Assembly (NCBI GenBank): GCA_045837725.1
Contig: JBEWZL010000152.1
Location: 1 to 64,000 of the forward strand
DNA from: Vermamoeba vermiformis
Lineage: Eukaryota
DNA length: 64,000 nucleotides
Reading direction: 5' to 3'
Made by a program: the position numbers and the translations under genes. Under the pieces are notes generated by a model. It had not been told where the DNA came from. It searched no databases and saw only the letters and a program-made list of their open reading frames with translations. How positions within the stretch are numbered: position 1 is the stretch's first letter; the number at the start of each line of letters is the position of its first letter. This document shows positions 44,001 through 55,763 of the stretch, one piece after another.

Positions 44001-44481
44001 GCGTGAAATCCGTTCAGCGGATTTGGAAGAAATTGCAACAATAAACATTTAAAGAGCTACAAAGCTAAGAAAAATGTTTTTGTATCGAAGACATACCTTT
44101 GTTGACGCGACCGATCCAGAATTTCTCTTCAGACGAGTTGCTTACAGCAACAAAGTCTTTAGGAGCATATTTATGATCAATGTGCTGCGTGACAATTTTC
44201 TTTAATTTGCCAGCATCTGCCTTCTCTTTAATACGGAGCGAGTGCATGGAACCCGATCGACCTAAGCTCAAAGGCAGAGAGCCTACGTTTGTATCGCCGT
44301 CTTCATCGTCGCTTTGCTCCTCGATCTCCAGAGTAGCCTTAGGAGTTTGTGTGACGTTGGTATTGCTCTTAGTCTCTTCAGCCTCCTCCATCTCTTCATC
44401 TTCGTCGACGACCTTAGCCTTTTTCTCCTTCTTTGGAGACGGCTTAGCCGCAGCTTTTCTCGTGCTCTTTCCACGTGGCAT
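35004..44481 (-). CDS. Large poly(ADP-ribose) polymerase: basic/acidic N-terminus, many ankyrin repeats, WGR, PARP regulatory and catalytic domains
   Basis: Numerous ankyrin consensus units (TPLH, TALHWAA); WGR 'NNFYVMQ...WGRIG...FRAKTGNPW'; regulatory 'MPLNRL', 'LTNEFYELIPH'; catalytic H-Y-E 'LLWHGS', 'GIYFAD', 'NEYIVY'. More than 25 introns. Confidence 0.93.
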
Positions 44482-44767
44482 TATGTAACAAGTAGATGTG
44501 TTGTTAACTTCCACGGAATCAGAACAGAATATCGGACAATGAAAATCCAGTAAAAAGTTTGGCTAATTTTTTTTTGGGCGGGTTTGGGCCAAAACTACGA
44601 TTGTGTATTTTTACTGGACCCGACGTCGCAGCCAACAACATTGTATTGTAGCCCACCTTATTAATTGTTTATTGGACGTCCGTGGCAACGGCTACTTTGT
44701 TTCTTTGACGCATCTTCGACCCTGCCTTCATTCCTCGTTTTGGTTTCAAAAAAATCATAATAATATA

Positions 44768-45815
44768 ATGGATCTTCTTTCTCGACTTCCCAATGAAGTC
44801 TGGTGCGAAATATTTACATTGATCGGAGATGTAACAGATCTTATTAGGTAATAATCACAATATGTTTTCAAACATAGTGCACGATGTAATTTTGTTCTGG
44901 AACGCGTGTATTAATTTTTATTTATTTAGAATCCAAAGTGTATCGCGGGGCTGGAGAACCCTTATGTGGAGTGCGATTGTAGAGCTAGATCTGTCTCCAA
45001 TCAACCACGTACTCGATGAAAAAATACTTTATAATATTCTCACACGAACAGCATCCTTAAGGAAGCTAGATCTGACAGGCTGCCTCGTGTCAGATGCTGG
45101 TCTAGCAGCCCTCCATTTCGTTCCAAATCTTACCTCGTTGGTGCTAGCATTCTGCGAGGAATTTACTATCAAAGGTCTAGCGCACATTTCTACGCTAAGC
45201 AGACTTGAAGAACTGGATTGCAACAACCTTGCTGGATTGAAAGAAGGCGGCATGAGCTCGACGACAGAACATCTTCTCAGCCTCCTCGTTGCACAACAGA
45301 GTACTTTGAAGCGACTCAACTTGTGCGGGGCATCAATGGCAAGCTTGAGGATGCTGCAGAAGTTTACCGCACTCACAACGCTCAGTCTGTATGAAGTCGG
45401 CTTGTCTCAAGTAGGAGAGAAGAATCGGTTCTTGGCCTTGACAGCTCTCACGCGCTTAGACACCTTGGAGCTCAGTAACATGCGTGCAGAGCTCATCTCG
45501 AATTACGAGCTGTTGGAATTGACGTCGAAGTTGACCAACCTACGACACCTCGGACTAGCTCGCAATCACTATCTCACGAGCGATGCTCTGGCCAACATGC
45601 ACTGCTTGCCTAACCTCGAACTGATTAATATTATGGGCACTTGGGACATGAACACGCGCGCGATAATTGAGCATCTGCGCAACTGCACGAATCTGAAAAC
45701 GCTGGTGTGGACTTGCGACTCTCAGAACCCAGTAGATGACGTGAAAGAGGTCAAAGCTGCCTTCTCTCAATCGGTAGATGTCATAACGCGAGGAGAGTTC
45801 ATGTACGTCATGTAG
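44768..45815 (+). CDS. F-box / leucine-rich repeat protein
   Basis: F-box 'LSRLPNEVWCEIFTLI...IQSVSRGWRTL' split by one intron; LRR units 'LRKLDLTGC', 'LTSLVLAFC' and 'LEELDCNN'. Confidence 0.88.
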
Positions 45816-46113
45816 ATTTGGTTTGGGTTGATCGAACCCACCAAAGATCTTGGCTGCAGTAAACGAGCTTGATCAACACATCAGAAAAGTCACCGTGCAC
45901 CGGTGCACGTAGTCATGCGATTAATAGATCACTCAAGCCTCCAAAAGGAAAGTGCGAGCCTGCTCACGCGAGGAGATTTGCCAAATCGGGAAATAGGAAG
46001 GGAAAAAAAGAAAAACTGCGCGAGACGTAATTATTCGATTAATACTGTCTTGAAGTAAGCACCACAAGCCACTGAGCTACCGCCCCCGACAACTTAAATT
46101 TCAAACCGACAAT

Positions 46114-48052
46114 ATGAACGATCTGGACAGCGTTAGCAGCTTGGAAGAAACAATGCAATACAAGAGCTACGTGGATGAAGTAGGCGAGTGGTCTACCCGA
46201 AAAATCTCACTCTTTGGAGTTGTCCGAAGTGTCGTTAGCCAATTGAAGCCTGGTCAAGACATGACAAAAGTCAGTTTGCCATCCGCGTTCTTGGAGCCTT
46301 ACTCGATCCTCGAACTGGCTGCTTCCCGACTTGGAGGATATTTCCCTATGCTTTCTGAGTAAGTAGGACAGCCGATTTTTATTGTTAATTCTGTTCGGGA
46401 CGCTAATTGAAAGCGGATTCTGTGCTCGATCGCTTTCGGGCTTTTGGATCCGACTTTTCTAAGTGATCCTTGTCAAGTGTTTTATTCGGACAATAGCATT
46501 AAATTTACTTTTAGACGCGTTTATGCGCAATATCTCGGCAATATTCGAAAATTTACTGAATCTCATCCTCTTTTTAGGGCGAAAGGTGCCGATCCTTTGC
46601 ACCGAATGTTGAATGTCGTGCGATGGTATCTTGCTAGCTACACTGAGCTTGCAGTAAGTAAACCTTCAGTTGTGTAAATTTGGAAGCTCCCCGATCCCAA
46701 ATTGACCCGAGAATCAAACTTTCGGATTAGACAGCTGCTAACTTTATTTCTTCAGTTCGAAAAGAAGCCTTATAACTCCACATTGGGCGAAACTCATAAG
46801 TGCCACGTTCCTACCGCAAACGGATCAGTGCAGTACATTGCGGAGCAAGTAAGTAGATCCCAGTCCAGTGTTTTGCGAACCCGAAACATTCGAAATTGCC
46901 GCAAGATTTTTTTCAAAGAATATTGCTGCACGGGATTATTTTTATGGTTTACGTAAATCCGAAACTGTTGGGACATCTCCACCCGGACAATTTCTGCGCT
47001 CGAAACCGACATTCGCGAAATGTGATTTTCTAACACTCCTGTTTCTGTTCAGGTCAGCCATCACCCTCCTGTGACTGCATTGGCTATGTTTCACGCTGAA
47101 GAAGGTCTAGATGCTGGAGGCAACGTGTCATTTTCGGTCAAGTTCCATGGAAATAGCGTCTCAGTCAATACTGTTGGCGGTTTGCGATTGAACTTAAAGA
47201 AGTAAGTCAACTAATTATAGGTCATAGTTATAGCAGGTGCTAATAAGACTATCATTTAAAGTAAGGAGAATGAGCCCGAAGCATACACTATTAGCAAGAG
47301 TTTGCCAGATGTGCTGATTAACAACATTTTATTCGGCACTCGTTACATTGGCTGGTCAGGCGACGTCGAATTTGTTTGCGAGAAAACTGGATACCGCGTC
47401 GAAATGAAGTTCTCGTCCAAGAAGAAAAAGAAGAGCGTCTCTGGCCAATTTTTCTTGGGTGGTGAAGAGATCGGTCAATTCAACGGCATGTGGGCTGACG
47501 AGCCGATCTATCTCACTCACAAGACGTTGGGCAACATTTTGGTTATCGACGCAACCAAGAGCAAGAAATCAACTGTCGTTTTGCCCAGCGCATCTGAACT
47601 CGATGAAACTTCAACCTTGAAGTAAGTATTGATCAACCTAGCACTAAATTGATATAAGAGTAGTGATACTAACGATAGTTTATCATAGAATCTGGCGCGA
47701 GGTGTCTGAAAACATCGTAAAGGGTGATCTGTCCGCGGCAGATTCCATCAAGAAAAAAGTCGAAGCCGCTGCTCGTGCTAAACGTAATGCGTACAGCTCT
47801 GAGAAGGAGTTCCCGCGCAAGTACTTCGAGTATAACGAAGAACTCGAGTTCTGGCAATTGAAACAAGAACACTCGCCCGCAGTTACTGCTCACCATCACC
47901 ACAAGTCTCATCACCACGAGAAACACCACCACGACAAGCACCACCACGATAAGCACCACAAGAGCAAGAAGGACAAGAAAGACAAGAAGAAGAAGCTTCA
48001 GCTCGAGACTACTGAGAGCTCTGAAGGCGCTACAGTTTCAGTGAACAACTAA
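46114..48052 (+). CDS. Oxysterol-binding protein (short ORP/Osh type)
   Basis: 'DMTKVSLPSAFLEPYSILE', 'KKPYNSTLGE', signature EQVSHHPP (split by an intron); His/Lys-rich tail. Confidence 0.93.
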
Positions 48053-48413
48053 ATCACGCGTTCGAAGACAAGTCTATTTTCTTTCAAAATATTCGCGAAT
48101 TTCTCATCAATGTAACATAATCCTCACTTATTTATTGGTACTTCGTACTAGCTGTAAATAAACCCTTTTTTGAAAAATCAAAATCTTTACTGCTTTCTGA
48201 ATATTGGAACACGCTTATTAAGACTAATATTACGGAACAAATTTATTCGGGTTTTTCGGAGCGGGGAATGTATCGCGCCTTCGCTTCGGGGTTTTGACCC
48301 GTAAAGGCCTAATTGCTCCGTCGCGCGACGTAACACATAAATTTGCTCCGCTGCCTTCTCTTTCAATACTTCAAGTTAGTGAATAATACCACAACTCAAT
48401 TAAATACAACAAA

Positions 48414-48929
48414 ATGCCCAAGGCCGAGTGGAACGGAGGTAAGTCTTCTGTCACCTCCGGATTTCAGCAACACTTTATCATTTCGATAAAGTAGAATGAC
48501 TATTATTATCTTCTTACTAATGCTCTATTTTATAGTCGTTATTGCCGAGACCGACAAGTTTGAAACTGTCGAAGGAAATGTTTACTTCCCTCCAGGTGGG
48601 TATTTTAATTCAATATTGATAATTCCAGCAAAATTAATTATTTAATGCAGAATCAATCAAGAAGGAGTATTTTAAGCCTTCTACCACAACATCTGTTTGC
48701 CCATGGAAGGGTGATTGCAGCTATTACACCGTAGTTGTTAATGGACAAGAAAATAAGGACGCTGCTTGGTATTATGCTAATCCTAAGGTAATTTCGCAAG
48801 AGCCAAGCTCCGTTGAAAAATACTCCAACCAAATCCAAAAAACTTTGCTAAAACTTCTAACAATAGGCTGCCGCCAATAACATTAAGGGTCACGTTGCTT
48901 TTTGGAAGGGCGTTAAGGTTACCAAGTAA
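48414..48929 (+). CDS. DUF427 family protein
   Basis: Not in the ORF track. Four small exons splice to MPKAEWNGVVIAETDKFETVEGNVYFPPESIKKEYFKPSTTTSVCPWKGDCSYYTVVVNGQENKDAAWYYANPKAAANNIKGHVAFWKGVKVTK, matching the DUF427 motifs YFP, CPWKG, AAWYY and VAFW. Confidence 0.9.
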
Positions 48930-49111
48930 TTAGACAGTCAGTAAAATCTTACACGGGATCAGCTGATCGCTGCAAGACAAATTCGTTAATTGTAGAATAC
49001 TTATAAAACCACAGTTAAACTCTATTAGCTATTCCAGTACTTGGTTGACTATACGTACTTTGATCTTGAAAAAGTTTGCAAAACAAAGAATTTTCAGCAA
49101 CACAACGCAAC

Positions 49112-50253
49112 ATGTCGAATCAATCACCTCGAAATGCTACGAATGTCAGCAATTGATTCAATTCCACATTAATTTTATGCTGGCAGGTGGATTACAAGAG
49201 ATCAGCTCGTCCTGAAGATGACCAAAACTCCAACATCAGTTTTAATTTACATCTGATATAACTTCAAATATATTATTTTCTTGACCATTGTATTAGACGC
49301 TATTCCATGGAGGTAAGCACGAAGGTTGAATTACTAAAAAAATAATTGACGCTGTTTCAACAGGAGAGTTGCTTAACCATTGCACGAACTTGTAAGACTA
49401 CCAGAATATTTTCTATTATTTTATTCTGTAACGTTAATAATATTGGTTAAAGCAGCAGATTCGACAGTCTTCCTAGATCTGCCTACGGAAGTGTTAGCTA
49501 ATCAGATACTAAAGTCCCTTTGCTTTACCAAAGCGATCAATACTTTGTCTTTCGTTTGCAAGCGATTCGACCACGCTCTTCAAGTCGCAAACTTTCAAAA
49601 ACAGATCCGCGTTGATGTCAGCAATTCAGAGCACCTTCGTTTCACCCCAAAAGTCTTATCGAAGTATCAAGTCGACACGTTGATACTAAAGTCACCTGGA
49701 GGCTCACTAAGCACCTTTTCAACGATTCTCAAATCATTACCTCGACTGCACACGCTTGTCATTTGCGAGATCCCCGACAACAAAATCGGCTTTATTGATC
49801 TTGATAGTACTGAAAACATCGCGAATAACGTTAACAATTGGTCCGCTATCCGAGCACATCACTGCTTTGTGCCATAAACTTTGAAAGCGGCAGATCCGAA
49901 GAAGTGATGGAGTATTTAGTGTCGAAAGGACTAGACATTAATCACAAGTTGTTCTGAACCACCAGGGCGAAACAGCTCTTTATGAGGCTTCTAGAAACAA
50001 TTCAGGCGATTATGAAGATTTGAAATTAATACAGTGGCTGATAAAGCATGGAGCAGATACGATGATCAAAGACAATCTCGGCATATCTCCTGCTGATTTG
50101 TTGCCTAATTGGCAGAATTTTCTCAATGACGGCGAAGTGCGTCTAACTGGGATGTCTCGCACAAAGAAGATAGACTTGGTGGAGATCCGCAAATCTGGTC
50201 GCGCATTGCCCCAGAAGCGACAGAAGATCAGTCCAATTAACAGACATCAATAA
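49112..50253 (+). pseudogene. Disrupted F-box + ankyrin repeat gene
   Basis: F-box 'FLDLPTEVLANQILKSL...LSFVCKRF'. Ankyrin pieces 'MEYLVSKGLDINHK' and 'GETALYEAS...LIQWLIKHGADTMIKDNLGISPADL' lie in different frames with no clear intron between them. Start inferred. Confidence 0.55.
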
Positions 50254-50347
50254 TTATGTGATTGCTAGTAAAGTAGTGTCAATAGTTATGATAACAGAGA
50301 CAGATTTATTAGGAAGCTTGGATCCGGCTTCACGTAATAAAGTACAT

Positions 50348-51579
50348 TTAGAACAAAGCAGCGATGGCAGTGGCGAAGACAGCCAAAGAAGCAACGACGG
50401 AAGAAGCGCTGCTAGTGGTGCCAGCGGTAGAGACGGCACGAGTAGCAGAGACAACAGGATCCCAAATGCAAGCGCTGTTGGACTTGTCGTTCAAGTTGAT
50501 GAAGGCAAAGGCAACAACGTGAGCAGTGCTGTCAGAGTCGTCACCGGACTCAACTTGGCTGTCGTCTTGACGCATAGCAGAGGAGATAACAGAGACCTTG
50601 TTGACGTCGCACTGGATGTAGTTGATCCAGGTGAGAGCCAAAGCGCCAAATTGAGAAGCGCCAGAGGCACCAACAGTGATGCCGTTCTCTTGTTGCTTGG
50701 AGTCGTCTTCGTGGTCCTTCTCGGATTCGAGTCTGGAGACCAAAGCGGCCTTCAAGGCAACTTCAGTACCGTTCAACCAGCCAGCAGCACGCATGGCGTT
50801 GGCATCCAAAGCGATATCAAACTTGACATCCTCAGGGTTGAACTAAAGCGGGTTAATTTCTCTGTTGAATTTTTGATCTTATCAAGATTTAACTTACCGA
50901 AAGGCTGCCGTCAGCAGGTCTGTTGATGCGGATGGTGAGGCCGAAAATGTTGTCGGCAGTCTTCAAAGTGTAGACCTTAGAAGTAGTCGAAGAGGGAGTA
51001 GTATCGACGATTCCATTGCCCCAGTTCCAGTTGCTGTAAGTGTTAACAATCTACGAGGCAATGTTAATTAATTATTTTGTGAAACGTTCAGAAAAATTCC
51101 CGTGCCAATAATTTAATTTACAATTTAAATTTCAAAGCGTTACTAATACTTACAGTTTCGTTTTGATAGCCAGGAGTAGAGTCGGGGATATACTCGATCA
51201 ACTCGAACAAACGGAAGCGCATGCGGAGTTGGTTTTCGGTATCACCGGCCTTTTGCTCGAATTCAACACGGAATTCAGCGCCAAAGTCACCAACATTGAT
51301 CTCGTGACGAAGTTCACTCTCGGTACCATTAGCACGGAGACGGATGCGGGCCTCGATCTGGTTGGAACCGGTGTTGAATTCGAAATCTCTCTCGACGTCG
51401 TCAGAGCTGGGAGATTCAGCATAGGGACCATCCTGAGCCATAGGGGCTTCGAAGGAGTGAGGACCTTCAGAGATAGGCTGTTGAGCACCGCTGGGTTCAG
51501 AGCCAGGCTGTTGAGCAATGGAGACGGCAAGCAAACCAAAGATAACAAACAAGCAAACAAGTTTCTTGAAAGACATCAT
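50348..51579 (-). CDS. Secreted, probably GPI-anchored beta-rich surface protein of unknown function
   Basis: Signal peptide MMSFKKLVCLFVIFGLLAVSIA; three exons; 'IWDP' followed by a Ser/Thr spacer and a hydrophobic C-terminus with no cytosolic tail. Confidence 0.8.
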
Positions 51580-51734
51580 CGCTTTCGTTGTTTACGTTAG
51601 AAGTTGAGGAATGAATTGAATAAACAAGCCGCCGAAGTTCTCTTTTAAGCTTTCGGCCGGATAATTTTAACCAATCATTTAACAGCGGCAGACAGAATCA
51701 CACAATCATTTTAGAAAAATAGTTAGTAAAATTT

Positions 51735-51735
<1 letters not shown>

Positions 51736-51777
<42 letters not shown>
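51736..51777. repeat. 42-nt poly(T) tract flanked by GTAAAATTT direct repeats
   Basis: T run at 51736-51777; GTAAAATTT at 51726-51734 and 51786-51794. Confidence 0.85.
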
Positions 51778-51780
<3 letters not shown>

Positions 51781-52218
51781 TCTCCGTAAAATTTAATCTC
51801 CAATTTAGGAGTTGACAAAACCGAAACTTTACCCGCTGCAACTGAATTATTATGAACGCATTTAAGTTGAGCTCAGTGATCAAGTTGTTAAGTATTAGCT
51901 GCGTATTAAATTTCAAAACATTACAAATTTGCTGTCTATGGAAATAAAGTTTGCTTCCAGAAGACAGATCTATTTATGGAGATTCATTTACGTGATTCGA
52001 ATTTAATTTTAGTGCTATTGAACACATTGATCTGTAATTTTACGCATTTAAATTGATTTCGATACTTTGTCCGTAATAAATCTTGTTTATTGGCAACGAC
52101 TAAATTAATTATGATTTGGTTCACAAAGCTACAGATCAGTGCAAAACGTTCGAGTTAAGTATTCACAAGCAAGTAATTTAATTACAATTTACATGAGTGC
52201 GCAGATCTAGTGACGAGA

Positions 52219-55200
52219 TCACGAAGTCCTTTGTTTCTTCCGTTTATGCTTCTCTTTTTTATCTTTCTTGTCCTTCTTATCTTTGTGCTTTCGTTTCTTC
52301 GATTTTTTGTGCTTTTTGTCTCGCTTTTCCTTCTTGTCTTTGTGTTTTCGCTTGGATGATTCCTCATCTGAAGATGCGGAGCTGGCCGATGACTCGGAGG
52401 ATTCAATATTCATTGGCATAATGTAAGAAAGACCGCTGTTAGCACCAAGTAGCGGGGTGGGTGGCAATTCAGGGCCAATAACTTCTTCTGGCTCCTCGGG
52501 GGCTTGGATTTGATCTGGATGCACATCTGGAACTTTCTCTTCGACGGGCAGAATAACATGAGCAGTACTATCACTAGGCTCACTACTCTTAGCGGTGTCT
52601 TGAGCGATGACCGGAGTTTTCTTCTTGTGCGTCGTCAACGACTTGAAATTCAATCCTTCTTCCTCTTCATTATCTTGATCCAGTGGCTCTATCAACTTCG
52701 ATTTCATTCTTGCTTCACGTTCCTTAATAAGGTCTTCTTTAAGCTCTGCCCGAATCTCTTCTTCGGTCTTCTCGGGTTGTGTGACTTTATCCTCTTCCAC
52801 CATCATTTTGGCGTTGTCAACCACTGCTTCATCAGCGACTTGTTCTTGATCTTGTTTGTTAGTGTCAGTCTCATTGTTTTCTTCGTTGTTTTCTTCATTG
52901 TTTTCTTCTTCATCCTCCTCTTCATCAGATGCTTCAAAAATAGCTTTGAACAAATCAATGGACGGCTTTTCTTCTTCCTTGATTTCCTCTTCCTCATCGT
53001 CTTCTTTCTTATCCTCGTCTTCTTTTATTCTCATCTTTGTTATCTTCTTCGTTTGCATTCTTTACAGCGTCTTGACCCTTGGCTAATTCGGGCATAAATT
53101 GCGGCAATTCCATCTCCATGAAGATATCAATAGCAGCCTTTCGCTCTTCTTTCTTCTTGTCCCAATCTTGAGCGCCCTTGTACGGGTTCATAATGTTGAA
53201 TCGTTTGCATAATAGGCCAGATGGTCTCCATTCTTCAGTACTTCTGGTAAGTCTACCAAACATTTTCATTTGTGCCGCATCCGCTTGCACAGACGTGTCA
53301 GTCTGGTATTCAGTCAATTCTTTATCGTTATACTCTTCATTGCCGAGCATAACATTCGCGGATGTGAATCGTTTCGCCATGGCTTCAGACAGTGGCTTGA
53401 ATTTTCCCCAGACACGCGCAAATTCATCGTGCTCTCTGACGCGTTGTTCTTGGGTCAGTCCGTCCTTCCAATCCTCGGGCTTGAGTTCTTCTCCTCGTTG
53501 AACTTTCAACCAGAAATCATATCGCTTTTGCTTCTCTTTGTCGAATCTGAATGGGCCAAATGCCTCAGCGAGAGGTTTGCTCGTGTCTATTTTCTTCTCT
53601 TCTTCGTCAAGGTTGTGCGTACCACTCGATGCGAATCTGTCAGTCTTTATGCCTAATTTGGCAAGTGCTTCACTGGCTGCGTTTGGAGCCGCTAACGCGT
53701 TTGTTGGTGCAGCACCTGCAGGCACTGCTCCACCAAGCTTTTGCAGCCTTTCGCGGTCTTCTTTTGAGATCAAATCGAAGACACTTCGCTTCAGCGGTTG
53801 TTCGCCCAACAGCTCTCCACGTTGTTCTGGTGTGATTTGATATTGAGGGATTTGAGCTGCTGTCGAGAGCATCGCTTCAGCGTTGACAGGTGTCACTCGG
53901 TGACGCGGGTCAAAGTCACGTGGCACATCTGGTGCTGCGAAGAACTTTTGTTGCTGAAGTACGCGATGAGCTTTCACGAAGCCAGGGATGATTGGTCGTC
54001 CGTCTTCACCGAACTCAGTCGCCACTAAACTTGTCAACTTTCCTTTTTTAGCATCATAGTCCATTTTGTCATATCGACTAGGTTCATCTTCGATAACACG
54101 AGAATATTCGGACCTGTTGTCGGAGTCATAAACGTCAAAAGCAGATCCGCCTCCTTCGAGTACACTCATGCCAAAGTCTAATTATAGATATTAGCAAAAG
54201 TTGCTATTATTGTGCCGTATTGACTTACCAGCACCGCCAGAGTACTCAACGCCCATTTTGATTCGTTGTTTTTCTTTAGGTTTGCCGGGCAGGTCGCCAG
54301 ATCTGCCTTCGCGCATCGCACGAAACTCCGGGGCTTGAGAATACGGGTCATAGCCGAGACCAAAATGATCGTCTTTAGGTTTGAACTCCATCACTTCGGT
54401 GTTCTTTGGCGCTACTCCAACTTCAGCAGCGAGTGCTGAAATTGCTTCGTCGTCACTCTCATCGTCTCGTTCAACGCCCGGAGGCAACGCCACGCCATAC
54501 TTTTTCTTGTTCTTAGGCACTATAATGAATAGAGTATAAGACTGTGTGACTATTAACAATGTTCATTAGTAACGTACCTTTCTTTTTACGAGGACCAATG
54601 CCGTGACCTTCGCGCCAACCCATCAAACGCAGCAATCGAACGCCAGCTGAGTCTTTAGCAGGAGTAATAAGGTCTTCTAATCCGCCACTAATATAGATTA
54701 GTATCGAATATACTAGTTTAATACTTTGAAATTATATACTAGTTTTTGAAAATGATTACATACGTTTTGCTAGCACGAGAAGATCCAAAAGTGTCGAAAT
54801 CGGAGGCGGCTGAAACATCTTTTGCACCTAGTCCCATTTCCTATAATAAAGTGCTTGTTAGATATATGCTTTATTGGTGGTTAATACGGATGCGTTTGTT
54901 ACGTACTTCAAAGTCTTCTTCGTCCATAAAGTCTGTGGCTTGTTGACCACTCCCGGCTGCACGATTAGAACGCGACGAAACGAACTGAGAAGGCGCCCAA
55001 CCTAGTGTATTTAAATTAGTCATAGCATATTAAAAAACTAACGCACGATCTCGTTACAAAAACGAATATTTGCTCACTGAACGTCAATTAGCGAGTTAGT
55101 CGATAAAAGCTAATGATTTCATAATATAATGCTACATAGTACGAAAATAATATAGCTTACCTTGCGCGCTTCCTACAGTGTTGTTGTAGCCAGCGACACG

Positions 55201-55763
55201 CCCTCCCTTGAAAGCACCTTGTGGCAGAACTTTGCGACCGCGCTCATCTTTAAGCTGAAAAAATAATATTAATTTCAATTAATATCAAAGAAAATGAGCG
55301 AGCTCGTATTTGAGATCTGCGATCGAAAAGAAATCGCAAAGAATAATTTCAGCTTTACTTGCGAAAAATGAATACTTACTTCTTGCTTATATATAGGCAC
55401 ATATTTGTCTTTATTAACTTCTTCGCGTTGTCGTCGCGTCATTTTTGCCGTTTCTTCTTCCGTTTCAAAGCGAGTTCCGATCAGAGTAATAGTTGGATCT
55501 GGACCACCTAATAATTTTAAAAAAATTGTAAGCGGCATATTACATCAAAGGGACATATTTGGCATTTACACAGGTGAAAAACAAAAATATACAAATAAAA
55601 ATAAAATATTACTCAAACGCTTAAAGGTAAGCACGAACTTAATAATACCGATAAATAATTATTATGAATATAAAAAATATAATAGTGAATATTTACCTGG
55701 CATATCGTCGTCAGGCTCGTCATCTGTCGGTCGCTTCTTTCTTGGCTTTTGTCTGTTTGCCAT
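52219..55763 (-). CDS. GPATCH1: G-patch domain protein 1 / TOUGH-like splicing factor (one apparent frameshift near 53023)
   Basis: 'PIYKQE...DERGRK...GAFKGGRVAGYNNTVGS..GWAPSQFVSSR', G-patch 'GVRLLRLMGWREGHGIG', 'PKDDHFGLGY', 'WRPSGLLCKRFNI.NPY', 'PSIDLFKAIF' and a Lys-rich tail. Confidence 0.88.

Noticed and set aside
46850-47052. H/ACA snoRNA in the long OSBP intron
   Set aside because: Only short stems (TCCCA/TGGGA); a two-hairpin H/ACA layout cannot be supported by eye.
50258-50926. 222-aa plus-strand ORF, and similar antisense ORFs over PARP, ACAD, GPATCH1 and the AAA gene
   Set aside because: Shadow ORFs produced by codon bias and low complexity of the real gene on the opposite strand.
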